Source of the DNA: an uncultured Bacteroidales bacterium
GTDB lineage: Bacteria; Bacteroidota; Bacteroidia; Bacteroidales; UBA932
Length of the DNA: 64,000 bases
Assembly: GCA_900320545.1 (NCBI GenBank)
Contig: ONSU01000002.1
Location: 42,143-106,142 of the forward strand
Direction: 5' to 3'
Shown here: one piece after another, positions 47,994 to 57,929 of the stretch
How the letters are laid out: every line of letters starts with the position of its first letter
Position numbering within the stretch: position 1 is the first letter of the stretch
Notes under the pieces: generated by a model
The model's database searches: none
What the model was told of the DNA's origin: nothing
What the model saw: only the letters and a program-made list of their open reading frames with translations
Program-made: the position numbers and the translations under genes

Positions 47994-48959
47994 TCAGTCC
48001 TTGTAGGCGAATTCCGTAAGGACGGGATAATGGTCTGAAATATACAGAATGCCGTAATCCCGTTTGTCAACCGAATACGTAAGCGCCTTGAGCGGACCGC
48101 AGAAGAAAATGTGGTCGATCAGGGTGCCGTTATTCTTGCCGTAATCGTTACAGGTATTGACAGTGCGGAAACTGGACTTGGCCGCATCCTCCCGGGCATA
48201 CCCGAGCGGGAATTTAATCAGCTGCTGCAGTTCATCCGTCGAGGACGCGCAGTTGAAGTCGCCCGTCAGGATTACAGGATCCTTACAGGAAGATCCGATG
48301 GCCCCGCCGATGATGGCCGGCATCTGACTCAGATGAAGATTGCTCTCCATCATCCGCAGGGAAGCCGCATTCGGCGCATTCTTGTTGTTCTGGTAATGGG
48401 TGTTGAACAGCCATACCGTACGGCCGAGTTTCTCCTCGTCGGTCAGTTTGATCCAGGAGGTGCACAGGGGATGCGTCGTATGCCAGGAGCCGTAATCATT
48501 GACTTTGTTCTTCGCAGCCACCTGACCAGGCGTATCGCTGTGCCAGAATGTACCCTTCGAAGACAGGGTAAAACGGGACTTCTTGTAGAAAATCGTATTG
48601 GATGTCTCGCTGCCTGTCACCTGCAGGATATCTTTCCCGCTCTCACGGCCGATTCCGTACAAGGCATACTCGTCCTTTACTTTGGAAAGAATATATTCCG
48701 CCTGGACCTTCTCCACCTCCTGCATCCCGATGATGTCGGGCTTGCGGGTCAGGATGAATTTGCAAAGCGCGTCCTTTCGGTTGTCCCAGATATAATCCCC
48801 GTCGGTCGGCTCGGGATAACGGATGTTGAAAGTGCAGACGAGAAGATCCGCACTTTCAACAGGTTTCCCTCCCCCATTCTCCGGATCCTTGCGGCAACCG
48901 GGAAGAACGGCCAGGAGCGCCGCAAGCAAAATCGTGAAAATCCCTTTATTTGACGACAT
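47994..48959 (-). CDS. Endonuclease/exonuclease/phosphatase (EEP) family lipoprotein
   Basis: Lipobox LPGC. EEP motifs TFNIRY, IIGMQE, GDFN and SDHYPV. Confidence 0.8.
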   Translation of the reverse strand: MSSNKGIFTILLAALLAVLPGCRKDPENGGGKPVESADLLVCTFNIRYPEPTDGDYIWDNRKDALCKFILTRKPDIIGMQEVEKVQAEYILSKVKDEYALYGIGRESGKDILQVTGSETSNTIFYKKSRFTLSSKGTFWHSDTPGQVAAKNKVNDYGSWHTTHPLCTSWIKLTDEEKLGRTVWLFNTHYQNNKNAPNAASLRMMESNLHLSQMPAIIGGAIGSSCKDPVILTGDFNCASSTDELQQLIKFPLGYAREDAAKSSFRTVNTCNDYGKNNGTLIDHIFFCGPLKALTYSVDKRDYGILYISDHYPVLTEFAYKD

Positions 48960-50934
48960 AGTTGATGGTATGTTCAGCTTTCTCGAAACTGCTGCCGAAC
49001 AGGAGGTCGGCGGCATTCGAGGATGTAATGGATGTTCCGTTCACGGTACCGGACACCTCGACGGGAGCGGAGGAAGACCCGAGCGTCACGCTGCCGCTTT
49101 CTTTACCGCCACCGCCGGCAAGCATACCGAAACTCGAGCCGCTTACCGCAGTGAGGCTGCCCGAAACACTGCCACCCTCCACGATAGCGGAGGAGGCGCA
49201 GCTGATCCAGCCGATCAGGCCGGAAATTCCGTCAACAGGGACCGTGGCCGTAATATTGGCAGCACTGGTGCAGTTCCGGACCACCTGGGCATAACCCCAG
49301 TGACGACCTGCAATACCGCCCACCATCGAATCGATATGGGTCCCGTTGATCGTGATATCCCCGGTGTTGGAGCAGCTCTCCATATAAGGCGTGGCGCCCA
49401 CGACACCGCCGCAGCGGAATTTGGCGGTCCCGCTGACGGTAATGGAGCCGCTGTTGGTACAGGAAGACATCTTCCCCCAGTTGCTGGGATTGGTGTTGTC
49501 GTTGTCGGATGCCGGCCAGCCGATGACGCCGCCGAGATGGGTCCAGCTCTTGCTGGCATAGGATTCCATCGTTATGGCACCCGTATTATTGCAGCCGCTC
49601 ACATCCACGCCCCTGTTCTTGCTGGGAGAGTCGTCGGCCGGGTTGTTGACCGCACCGAAGACGCCGCCGATGCAGTGCTGGTGGTTCTGGCCGGTATAAT
49701 CACTCTTGTCGCTGGTCAGGACCTTGATGACGACGGCACCGGAATTGGTACAATCGGAGGCTCCGACGAAGTAACATCCCGCGACACCTCCGGTGAAGAG
49801 TCTTGCCGGAGAAGTGGACATCCCTTCCAGTTTGCTCTCCGTCCAGGAAACCTTTCCTTCATTCTTACAGCCGCTCAGACCGGCTAAAGCATATGCAACC
49901 ACGCCGCCGACCGAGGAGCCGACCTTCTTGTTGTAGAATTCTCCCGCCTCAATATTGTCGAGGTCGTTGGGATCCCGCGCCGGGCAGGCGCGCCCGGAGT
50001 GATATCCGCCGGAGAGGCTGACATCACCGTAATTCTCGCAATCCGTCACGGCTCCGATCGTATAGGCCACGACTCCGGCGATTCCCTGCGAGGTAAAAGA
50101 ACCGTTGTTCTCCACCAGGAGAGAAATGTTTCCATAGTTCTTGCAGCCCTTGACGGGTTGTTCGGTATTCGCGCTCATACCGACCACTCCGGCAAGCAGG
50201 TTGCTCTCCCGGGTGCTTCCCTGAATGGTCCGCGAGACATTGGCCTTGTTGATGCAGTCCTCGATCACGCCCTCGTTGCGGGCCGCGATGGCGCCGAAGA
50301 CATTGGAATCCGGCTCGAAGGAGCACGAAGCGTCGATCGTGACATCGGAGATCCGTCCCTTGTTGACCTTGAACAGCGGCCCCGTGGCCGTCAGATTCTT
50401 GATGGCGAATCCGCCGCCGTCGAGGCTGCCGGAGAATCCCTTGGCCGACTCGAGCGTGATTCCCTTCATATCGATATCCGCAGCGATACGGGCCTCGTCC
50501 AGCGACGCGTCCGTCAGCCCGGACAGCCACTCGGCAAGCTGGGCGCCGGTCCTGAGCGTCACCTTGTTGTCGCCCTTCTGCTGAACGGTAAGTTTGTTGG
50601 TCGTCGAGCCCGTCAGTTCAGGTGCGAAAACCACTTCCCCGATACGTCCGTCCACGGACTCATTGTCGGTAACACTGACCGTAACGGTAACCGTTCCGCT
50701 GCCGGAAGCCGGATTGACCGTAATCCACTCGGGGGATTCCGATGTCCAGGTGCCGTCGGCATAGACCTTGAGCGTCTGGCTCGGAGCGTCCACGGCATCA
50801 AACAGCAGCGTGGACGTACCTACCCGGACGACCGTCGCCTTGGTGCCGCCACCGCCGCCTTCTTCTTTGTTTTTCTCTTTATCGCAGGCAAACAGTACCG
50901 CAAGCGAGGCAATCAACAAAAAATACTTTTTCAT
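48946..50934 (-). CDS. Lipoprotein with N-terminal BACON-like domain and about 10 GLUG-type (GGVxG) repeats, probable beta-helix
   Basis: Lipobox LFAC. BACON-like segment (LKVYADGTWTSESPEWITVNPASGSGTVTVTVSV). Recurring GGVVG, GGVAG, GGVIG and GGIAG motifs every 35-50 aa. Confidence 0.65.
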   Translation of the reverse strand: MKKYFLLIASLAVLFACDKEKNKEEGGGGGTKATVVRVGTSTLLFDAVDAPSQTLKVYADGTWTSESPEWITVNPASGSGTVTVTVSVTDNESVDGRIGEVVFAPELTGSTTNKLTVQQKGDNKVTLRTGAQLAEWLSGLTDASLDEARIAADIDMKGITLESAKGFSGSLDGGGFAIKNLTATGPLFKVNKGRISDVTIDASCSFEPDSNVFGAIAARNEGVIEDCINKANVSRTIQGSTRESNLLAGVVGMSANTEQPVKGCKNYGNISLLVENNGSFTSQGIAGVVAYTIGAVTDCENYGDVSLSGGYHSGRACPARDPNDLDNIEAGEFYNKKVGSSVGGVVAYALAGLSGCKNEGKVSWTESKLEGMSTSPARLFTGGVAGCYFVGASDCTNSGAVVIKVLTSDKSDYTGQNHQHCIGGVFGAVNNPADDSPSKNRGVDVSGCNNTGAITMESYASKSWTHLGGVIGWPASDNDNTNPSNWGKMSSCTNSGSITVSGTAKFRCGGVVGATPYMESCSNTGDITINGTHIDSMVGGIAGRHWGYAQVVRNCTSAANITATVPVDGISGLIGWISCASSAIVEGGSVSGSLTAVSGSSFGMLAGGGGKESGSVTLGSSSAPVEVSGTVNGTSITSSNAADLLFGSSFEKAEHTINYVVK

Positions 50935-50954
50935 ATCCTTGCAAATTTAACACT

Positions 50955-52772
50955 TTAGAAATTAAGTCCGTCATTCCATCCCGGATTCTGCAGCAGACGG
51001 GGGTTGAGCACTCGCTCGTCGGTCGGGATCGGATAGAGGTAATCCCGCTCGGGATCAAAGGTGAAGGTGTAGGTCGGACGCGGATTCACATACCCCTTAT
51101 TCCCGTCGGAAAGGGTGATGTCCGTGCCTATCTTGTACACAAACGTAGCCTGGGAAGAGGGTTTGGAACCGCTGTAGAGGCAGATGTCCGCCTTACCGTC
51201 CCGATCCCAGTCGTATTCTCCCGGCCCCGGGAAGTACATGCCATATAGACCCTTCCCGATCCGTTCGCCGGCGGCCCAGCGCAGCAGGTCGGCATAGCGG
51301 AATCCCTCCAGTGCCAGTTCCACGACCCGCTCGCGGCGGATCTCCAGAATCACCCCCTTGTTGACTCCGGACACATTGGGATAGCCGGTCTCCGGAGAGG
51401 TAAGGAAGGGATCCGGGGAGGCATTGGCCTCCGCGAGATTCATGTCGGGCATACCGGCCCGCAGGCGAAGCCGGTTGACGCTCTTGTTCAGATCCTGCTG
51501 GGTCAGCGTGCCGAGCTCGGCCTTCGCTTCGGCGAAATTCAGATATACTTCCGCCAGACGGATGACCGGCATATCGTTGTACGAGTAGTCCCGGACGTTG
51601 CTCATCACCAGATTGTCCGGCCGCATCACGAACTTGTTGACCGAATAACCGGTAAGCGAGCAATCCATATCGCAGAAGGACGCCCTGTTGGTCGATACGG
51701 TCGTGTAGGTATAGCCGGGAATCCGGATGGTCTGGTGCAGACGCGGATCCCTTCCCGCGACCTGGTCGGCAAAGGTCTTGGTGCTCCACCCCGGAACGGA
51801 GGAATAGCGCGACCCGTCGGCCATCAGGTAGTGGTCGATGAAATTCCGGGTGGGGCTTGTCCTTCCGCAGGCGGGCAGCAGCGCGGTCCCGGTGGCATTG
51901 TGGAAGAGTTTGTTGCTGTAATCGTAGTCGATGGCGAGAATATACTCTCCGGCATCCGCCGTGTACTGCGAGAACAGATTCTGATAGTCGTACTCCGGTT
52001 GACTCGTGGAATAGAGCGCATAGGGCCCCGTTGTCATCAGTTCCTCGGCCGCGGCCGCGGCGAGTTCAAGATAATAAGAGGCCGGCTGTGCGTCCGACGG
52101 AAGCGTCCAGAGCGTAATGTCGCCATCGTGATACTTGCGGTACGTACCTTCGAACAGGCAGAAACGGGACTTGAGGGCGAGAGCGGCCCATTTCGTAGCA
52201 CGGAAAGAACTACCCGACGAATAGGACTCGGGAAGGCCGGCTATGGCCTCGTCGATATCCTCGATCATATGCGACAGGACGACATCCCGGTTGTCGCGGG
52301 GATTGTAAAGGTCATCCTCGTCAGAAGAGAGTTCGTGGTCGATCCAGGGCACGTCGCCGAACCGCTGCAGCTTGTCGAAGTAGAACCAGGCGCGGAAGAA
52401 CTTGCACAGGGCGCTGTACTCCTTCCGGGTATCGGGGTTGTCGCAGCGGTAGAGATTGCCCAGGCAGGTGTTGATCTTGCGGAGCGTCGTCCACGACCAG
52501 CCGCCACCGGAGGAAGGAACCGTGCGGAAACTTCCGTTCAGCAGGAGGTTGCTGGGGTTGTTTCCGATCACGAGGTCGCTCTGCTCATCGTAGGGTGCAT
52601 CCGGAAGGAGGGAAGAGTAGAACGAATTGGTAAATATCTGCAGCTGGGTGGCATTCTGGAAATACGCCTCTTCGGTAATATCGTCCAGGGGGAACTTATC
52701 CAGCGCCTTTTCGCAAGACAGTCCCGAAAGAAGGGCCACGAGGGCAAGTGATATGCGGAAAATCTTTTTCAT
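50955..52772 (-). CDS. susD: SusD/RagB family nutrient-binding outer-membrane lipoprotein
   Basis: Lipobox LSGLSC. TPR-like SusD N-terminal pattern. Lies immediately downstream of the SusC-like gene. Confidence 0.9.
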   Translation of the reverse strand: MKKIFRISLALVALLSGLSCEKALDKFPLDDITEEAYFQNATQLQIFTNSFYSSLLPDAPYDEQSDLVIGNNPSNLLLNGSFRTVPSSGGGWSWTTLRKINTCLGNLYRCDNPDTRKEYSALCKFFRAWFYFDKLQRFGDVPWIDHELSSDEDDLYNPRDNRDVVLSHMIEDIDEAIAGLPESYSSGSSFRATKWAALALKSRFCLFEGTYRKYHDGDITLWTLPSDAQPASYYLELAAAAAEELMTTGPYALYSTSQPEYDYQNLFSQYTADAGEYILAIDYDYSNKLFHNATGTALLPACGRTSPTRNFIDHYLMADGSRYSSVPGWSTKTFADQVAGRDPRLHQTIRIPGYTYTTVSTNRASFCDMDCSLTGYSVNKFVMRPDNLVMSNVRDYSYNDMPVIRLAEVYLNFAEAKAELGTLTQQDLNKSVNRLRLRAGMPDMNLAEANASPDPFLTSPETGYPNVSGVNKGVILEIRRERVVELALEGFRYADLLRWAAGERIGKGLYGMYFPGPGEYDWDRDGKADICLYSGSKPSSQATFVYKIGTDITLSDGNKGYVNPRPTYTFTFDPERDYLYPIPTDERVLNPRLLQNPGWNDGLNF

Positions 52773-52784
52773 TGCGAAACGGTA

Positions 52785-55700
52785 TTAAAACTGGATATCC
52801 AGACCAAACATAAAACTTTTCTGCCAGGGATAGAACGAACGTCCCGTCGCTTCGGAGTCATCGTGCATGATTGCCTCCGGGTCGAGGAACGAGCTGTGCT
52901 TGAAAAGCGGAGACCAGCAGGCCAGGTTCTCCCCGGAGAAATATACCCTGATCTTCTCGATCCCGGCCTTTCTCGTCCATTTCTGCGGGACGGTGTAGCC
53001 CACCGTGAGATTCTTGAGGCGCAGATAGCGGCAGTTCTGGAGATAACGGGTATTGGTCCGGTTCAGATAGCCGCCGGAGATCTCCGCGATATATCCGCGG
53101 GCTCTCGGGAAGTAGGCGTCAGGGTTGTTATAGTCCCAGACATCATTCATAAAATCGCGCCGGATAAAGGACTGCATCGGATTGGAGTAAGGTCCCCAGA
53201 AGGGGAAATTGAACCGCGGCGGATACCACTGATGGTCGCCGGTTCCCTGGAAGAATGCGCTCACGTCGAATCCGAAATAATCCATTGAAACGGTGAAGCC
53301 GTAGGACAGGCGCGGCAGACTGTTGCCGACGATTCTGCGGTCGCCGGGGTCATCCACCGTATTGGCACCGACTCCGATGGCCCCGTCACCGTCGAGGTCT
53401 TCGTACTTGAGGTCGCCGGCCTTCCAGCCCGATCCCATGCCTGCCGTGATATAACTGAGGTCCACGGCGGCTGCATAATCCTGCGCCTCGATATCCGTCG
53501 CGAAAAGATCGTTCGCCTCGAAACCCCAGAGCTCCCCGAGATGTCGGCCCACATAGTAGTCGCTGATCAGTTTATTGGGGTTGTTGTCGTACTTGGTAAT
53601 GAACGAATCGTAGTTGCTGATATTGGCGGAGACGCCGTATCCGAAAGGATGGCCGCCCAGCTTGACCTGGTCCTTCCAGCTCAGGGAGAACTCGAAGCCG
53701 CGGGTCCTGAGGTTCGCCGTATTCTGTTTGGGGGCGGCGGCGCCATACACGGCGGGAAGGGCTGCACCCGACACCAGCATCCCCAGCGTATTGCGGATAT
53801 ACGCCTCGCCGGTAAACTGGAGACGGTCGTGGAAGAATCCCGCATCAAGGCCGACGTTGTACTGACGCACGGTCTCCCACGTCAGGTCTCCGGCATTCGG
53901 AGCCGAAATGGAGGCCGTCTTGGCCAGCGTCTCGCCGCCGAACATATAACTGGCATCATCGACCGACACCTTGCGGATGTAGGCGTAGTTGCTGACAACC
54001 TGATTGCCCAGGGAGCCGAAGGAGGCCCTCAGTTTGAGATTGCTCACATACCTCTTGGCAGGTGCGAAGAATGGCTCCTCACTGATCCTCCAGCCGGCCG
54101 ACGCCGAGGGGAAGAATCCCCAGCGGTGACCCTTTGCGAAGCGGGAAGAACCGTCGTAACGTCCCGAAATCTCAAACAGATAGCGGCCCTTGTAATCATA
54201 ATTGACGCGTCCGAAAAAGCCCAGGAGGGCATATTCGGTCTGCTCACCGTCGATATACTGCCTGGTGGCGCCGGTAATATCCGTACCGGCGAGGGAGAGA
54301 TCGTTGAGCGTATCGGAAACGAGATAGTATCCGATGGCCTCGAGATACTGCGTGTACTGCGTCTCGTAGTTTCCGCCTATGACGGCCGTCAGATGATGCG
54401 CGTCTTTGAACGTGTCTTCATAGGTGGCGAACACGTTGGCGGACATGTATCTGTAGGTCCGCGCCTTTTCATCGAGCTGGTTGGTTCCGACGCCGGTCGA
54501 GCGTACCTGCATCGGTTCGTCGGGATATTGCCTGTACTGGAGCTCGGTCTGGCGGGCGGTGGTATGGTTGCGCCGCCGGCGGAAGGTGAAATTACCGGTG
54601 AGCCTGAGCTGCCTGACGGGAGTGATGTTCAGTTCCGTCGTATTGGCGAAGTCGTATTTCCGCTCGATATGCCGGTCCGTATTCTCGGAAAACTTGACGT
54701 GCATTCCGTTTCCGACCGCATAACTGTTTACGAAGTACTGCGAATAGTACACCCACGACCCGTCCGGATTCTGAAGCGGAAAGCACGGAAGCGCGTGGGC
54801 CGTCAGCATGGAGATCGCCCGGTCCAGATTGCTCGTTCCCTGAGCCAGATAAGAATACTTCTGATCGTAGTAGGACGTGTTGTTGGAAATCGTGGCCCAC
54901 TTGGCGATACGGCCTTCGAACCGGGCGCGCAGCTGGTATTTATCCAGAATGTCCGGATGAATCTTGAGGATACCTTGCCGGCGGTCCCAGGTGCCCGAGA
55001 TGTAGTATTTGAAATTCTTGCCGCCGCCGCTGACGGAAAGGTTCTGCTGAAACACGGGATTGCGGTCGGAGAACAGGGTATGGTACCAGTCCGTGTTGCC
55101 GTAATACTTCCATTGACGCACCCCTCCGACCGTCTCCTCCACGACCCACGGGCGGTCGGGATGTTCCGTCACGTCATTCACGCGGGCGAGGAGTTCGTTC
55201 ATATCGTTGTCGTTGTACTTGAGGTATTTCTCTCCCGGATAGCGGGCCTCCCAGAAGGTATTGAGCGTATGTACGCTCCAGTAGCCCCGGGTCTCGAAGT
55301 CGGTGCTGGTGGTCGGAGACTGCCATCCGAACCGGCCGCTGTAGCGCACTGTCGCCTTTCCGTCCTCGTCCGTTCCGGCCTTCGTGGTCACCAGGATGAC
55401 GCCGAATGCCGCCCTGGCTCCGTAGATGGCCGCCGCCGATCCGTCCTTGATGACGGAAATGCTCTCCACGTCCTGGGGATTGACGCGGCTCAGGTCACCC
55501 TCCGCCCCGTCGACAAGCACCATCGGACCGGCTCCGTTGATGGATGTGTATCCGCGGATATTGATATCCGGGGATTCATTCATAATACCGGTGGAAGACG
55601 TGATGTTGAGACCGGGAACGGAACCCTGCAGCATACTGGTCACATCTCCGGAAGTACGGTTCTGGATATCATCCCCCTTCACGGCCGTGATGGCGCCCGT

Positions 55701-56060
55701 AAGGTTCACCTTCTTCTGGGTACCGTAACCCACGACCACCGTCTCCTCCAGCATCAGGTTGTCGGCTTCGAGAACGATGTCCGCCTGATTCTGCGATGCG
55801 GGAACAGTTATGGATGTGGAGGTATAGCCCAGGCAGGAGATATCCAGCCGGACATCCCCTTCACCCACTTGCAACGACCACGATCCGTCGATGTCGCTGA
55901 CCGTTCCTTTCGAGGTTCCGCTTACAATAACCCCCGCACCGGGGACACCTTCCCCGGAAGCATCCGTTACCCTGCCGGAAACCGTCCTCTGGGCAAACGC
56001 GGCGAACGCCGTGACAAGCAGGAGAATCGCTGCCGAGAGAATTTTTCTTGCTCCGTTCAT
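52785..56060 (-). CDS. susC: SusC/RagA family TonB-dependent outer-membrane transporter
   Basis: Carboxypeptidase-regulatory-like N-domain (GRVTDASGEGVPGAGVIV), TonB-box and plug (VVVGYGTQKK), 1091 aa, terminal F. No N-terminal anti-sigma signalling extension. Confidence 0.92.
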   Translation of the reverse strand: MNGARKILSAAILLLVTAFAAFAQRTVSGRVTDASGEGVPGAGVIVSGTSKGTVSDIDGSWSLQVGEGDVRLDISCLGYTSTSITVPASQNQADIVLEADNLMLEETVVVGYGTQKKVNLTGAITAVKGDDIQNRTSGDVTSMLQGSVPGLNITSSTGIMNESPDINIRGYTSINGAGPMVLVDGAEGDLSRVNPQDVESISVIKDGSAAAIYGARAAFGVILVTTKAGTDEDGKATVRYSGRFGWQSPTTSTDFETRGYWSVHTLNTFWEARYPGEKYLKYNDNDMNELLARVNDVTEHPDRPWVVEETVGGVRQWKYYGNTDWYHTLFSDRNPVFQQNLSVSGGGKNFKYYISGTWDRRQGILKIHPDILDKYQLRARFEGRIAKWATISNNTSYYDQKYSYLAQGTSNLDRAISMLTAHALPCFPLQNPDGSWVYYSQYFVNSYAVGNGMHVKFSENTDRHIERKYDFANTTELNITPVRQLRLTGNFTFRRRRNHTTARQTELQYRQYPDEPMQVRSTGVGTNQLDEKARTYRYMSANVFATYEDTFKDAHHLTAVIGGNYETQYTQYLEAIGYYLVSDTLNDLSLAGTDITGATRQYIDGEQTEYALLGFFGRVNYDYKGRYLFEISGRYDGSSRFAKGHRWGFFPSASAGWRISEEPFFAPAKRYVSNLKLRASFGSLGNQVVSNYAYIRKVSVDDASYMFGGETLAKTASISAPNAGDLTWETVRQYNVGLDAGFFHDRLQFTGEAYIRNTLGMLVSGAALPAVYGAAAPKQNTANLRTRGFEFSLSWKDQVKLGGHPFGYGVSANISNYDSFITKYDNNPNKLISDYYVGRHLGELWGFEANDLFATDIEAQDYAAAVDLSYITAGMGSGWKAGDLKYEDLDGDGAIGVGANTVDDPGDRRIVGNSLPRLSYGFTVSMDYFGFDVSAFFQGTGDHQWYPPRFNFPFWGPYSNPMQSFIRRDFMNDVWDYNNPDAYFPRARGYIAEISGGYLNRTNTRYLQNCRYLRLKNLTVGYTVPQKWTRKAGIEKIRVYFSGENLACWSPLFKHSSFLDPEAIMHDDSEATGRSFYPWQKSFMFGLDIQF

Positions 56061-56072
56061 ATCGTGGTCGCT

Positions 56073-56186
56073 TTAGAAATAAATCGTACCCTGGCCGTCG
56101 GCCGGAATGTCCTCCAGCTGACCATCATCCGCAGGAGTACATGCCATCAATGTCAAGAGAACAAATATAGCCAGGATTTTTTTCAT
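56073..56186 (-). CDS. Micro-lipoprotein of 37 aa (22-aa mature peptide CTPADDGQLEDIPADGQGTIYF), absent from the ORF track
   Basis: Hand translation gives MKKILAIFVLLTLMAC..., a canonical signal peptide with lipobox LMAC. The ATG lies 1 nt after the stop of the upstream gene. The stop lies 12 nt before the susC ATG. Confidence 0.5.
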   Translation of the reverse strand: MKKILAIFVLLTLMACTPADDGQLEDIPADGQGTIYF

Positions 56187-56187
56187 T

Positions 56188-57918
56188 TTACTGATAATCA
56201 AAAATCAATGTCGCCGTCACAGGCCAGTGGTCGGAGATGTAGGTCACGCCGGCATAGGGCCGGAAGTCGGTTCCGAAGCTGCCGGGGACAAGCCCGTGCT
56301 TGGCGTCTTCATAGCAGTAGCGGTAGATGATGTGGTCGAGATTGGAGCCGCCGCCGGAGACGGTACCGCTGCCGTATATGGAGGAGAATCCGGCACAACC
56401 TTCCGTGAAATTGTTGTAGCTGACAGGATAAGCCGTCTTGCTTGTCTTCCCGTCCACATTGCGGGCAAAGTAATAATCACCCCATCCCGTGTAACCCTTC
56501 TCCTCGCCCATCATATCCGATGCGGATTCGTTGAAATCACCGGTCACGATGACCGGAAGATGCCCGGTATTGATGGCTTCTATCTGGTTGTACAGGATTT
56601 CCGCCTCCTCCTTACGGGTGGCGTATGCTTCAGCTGTATAATGTGCTTCGAAGTGGGTGTTGAATACATAGAATACTTCTCCGGTAGCCTTGATGCGGAA
56701 CTTGATCCAGGCGCAGTTGCGCCCGCCGCCGGAACCGACACTGGCGGGATTGGAAGACAGCCAGAACGTTCCCTTGTCCAGGACATCGAACCTTGCGGTC
56801 TTGTAGAAGATGGCGTTGGAGGAGTCGGTGTTGTAGTCTTTCTTGTTCCAGAGGTAGCCGGTGGATCCGCTGGACTCCTTCCCGTATTCCACGCCAAGGC
56901 CATAGGCGGCGTAGCCTTCCGTATTGTCGAGGATGTTTACCCGCTGACGGTATTCGCATTCCTGCGTCCCGATGATGTCGGGCTCATTATCATTGAAGAA
57001 AGCATAGATTCCCGACCTGCGTACGCTCCAATAGTGGCTGCTGCTCCAGTCGCTGTTGTCATCGTTGCTCTGGCAGGCGACATTGAAGGACCACACCTGG
57101 AGCGAGGCGCGGGCGGCGGGCATCGTAGTCTCCATCGTAGTCTGGGCCGACCGGGTAATGGTGAACGGCTCCGTAAGACTCTTGGAACTGATGCTTCCGT
57201 CCGGGAGGACAGCACTCACGGTAAGGCTCGAATAAGATCCGGCAGGAATGACCACGATAAACTCCTTGGCAGAAGAGGTACTCAACTGCTGGGCGGAACT
57301 GCAATTGACCGCAACGGTCTTGTAGCTGTCCGCCGAACCGGTAATTGTCAGGGTGTTACCGCCACGGGAAACGGTCCCGGGACCCGTGACCGCCTTGTCG
57401 AAAGTGAGCTCGAGGCGCGAAACCTTGATGCTTCCCTTCAGGCGCAGCTTCAGGACCCCGCAGAGATTCTTCATCGTAAAATTTCCGAAAGAACTGCTGG
57501 TCCCGGAGAGCATCGGATTGCTGCCGGGAGCAAATGTCCCCGCGGTATAATCCACCTCGGAAGGGAGCGTGAAAGTAAATGTACTGCCGCCATTGTATGT
57601 CGCCGTAGAAGGATATACAACGAAATAGTTCTCACTGCCGGTATATTGGGGCCTGACGCCGCTGAAGGTGCCGCTGCCGGTTCCTGCTCCGCCAGTCAGA
57701 GTAAATGTATTTCCGGCTCCGTTACCCTGCGCAAAAACTTTGATTTCGTCCCCTGAAGACCAGAGCACACTGGTCCCGGAAAGACTGGTCTTAACCGCTC
57801 CCTCTTGACCGACGGTAATTTCGGTCAAGAGAGCCTCCGGCTCCGCCTGTTCGAATTTACTGCACGCCGCGAGCACGGCAAGGCCTGCTATGATAATTAG
57901 TAGAATCCTTCTGCACAT
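56188..57918 (-). CDS. Lipoprotein with N-terminal beta-sandwich domain shared with the giant lipoproteins, plus a C-terminal EEP phosphoesterase domain
   Basis: Lipobox LAAC. N-terminal pattern LWSSGDEIKVF ... NLCGVLKLRL. C-terminal EEP motifs SFNVA, IIGTQECE, VTGDFN and SDHWPV. Confidence 0.75.
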   Translation of the reverse strand: MCRRILLIIIAGLAVLAACSKFEQAEPEALLTEITVGQEGAVKTSLSGTSVLWSSGDEIKVFAQGNGAGNTFTLTGGAGTGSGTFSGVRPQYTGSENYFVVYPSTATYNGGSTFTFTLPSEVDYTAGTFAPGSNPMLSGTSSSFGNFTMKNLCGVLKLRLKGSIKVSRLELTFDKAVTGPGTVSRGGNTLTITGSADSYKTVAVNCSSAQQLSTSSAKEFIVVIPAGSYSSLTVSAVLPDGSISSKSLTEPFTITRSAQTTMETTMPAARASLQVWSFNVACQSNDDNSDWSSSHYWSVRRSGIYAFFNDNEPDIIGTQECEYRQRVNILDNTEGYAAYGLGVEYGKESSGSTGYLWNKKDYNTDSSNAIFYKTARFDVLDKGTFWLSSNPASVGSGGGRNCAWIKFRIKATGEVFYVFNTHFEAHYTAEAYATRKEEAEILYNQIEAINTGHLPVIVTGDFNESASDMMGEEKGYTGWGDYYFARNVDGKTSKTAYPVSYNNFTEGCAGFSSIYGSGTVSGGGSNLDHIIYRYCYEDAKHGLVPGSFGTDFRPYAGVTYISDHWPVTATLIFDYQ

Positions 57919-57929
57919 AGTATTCTATG

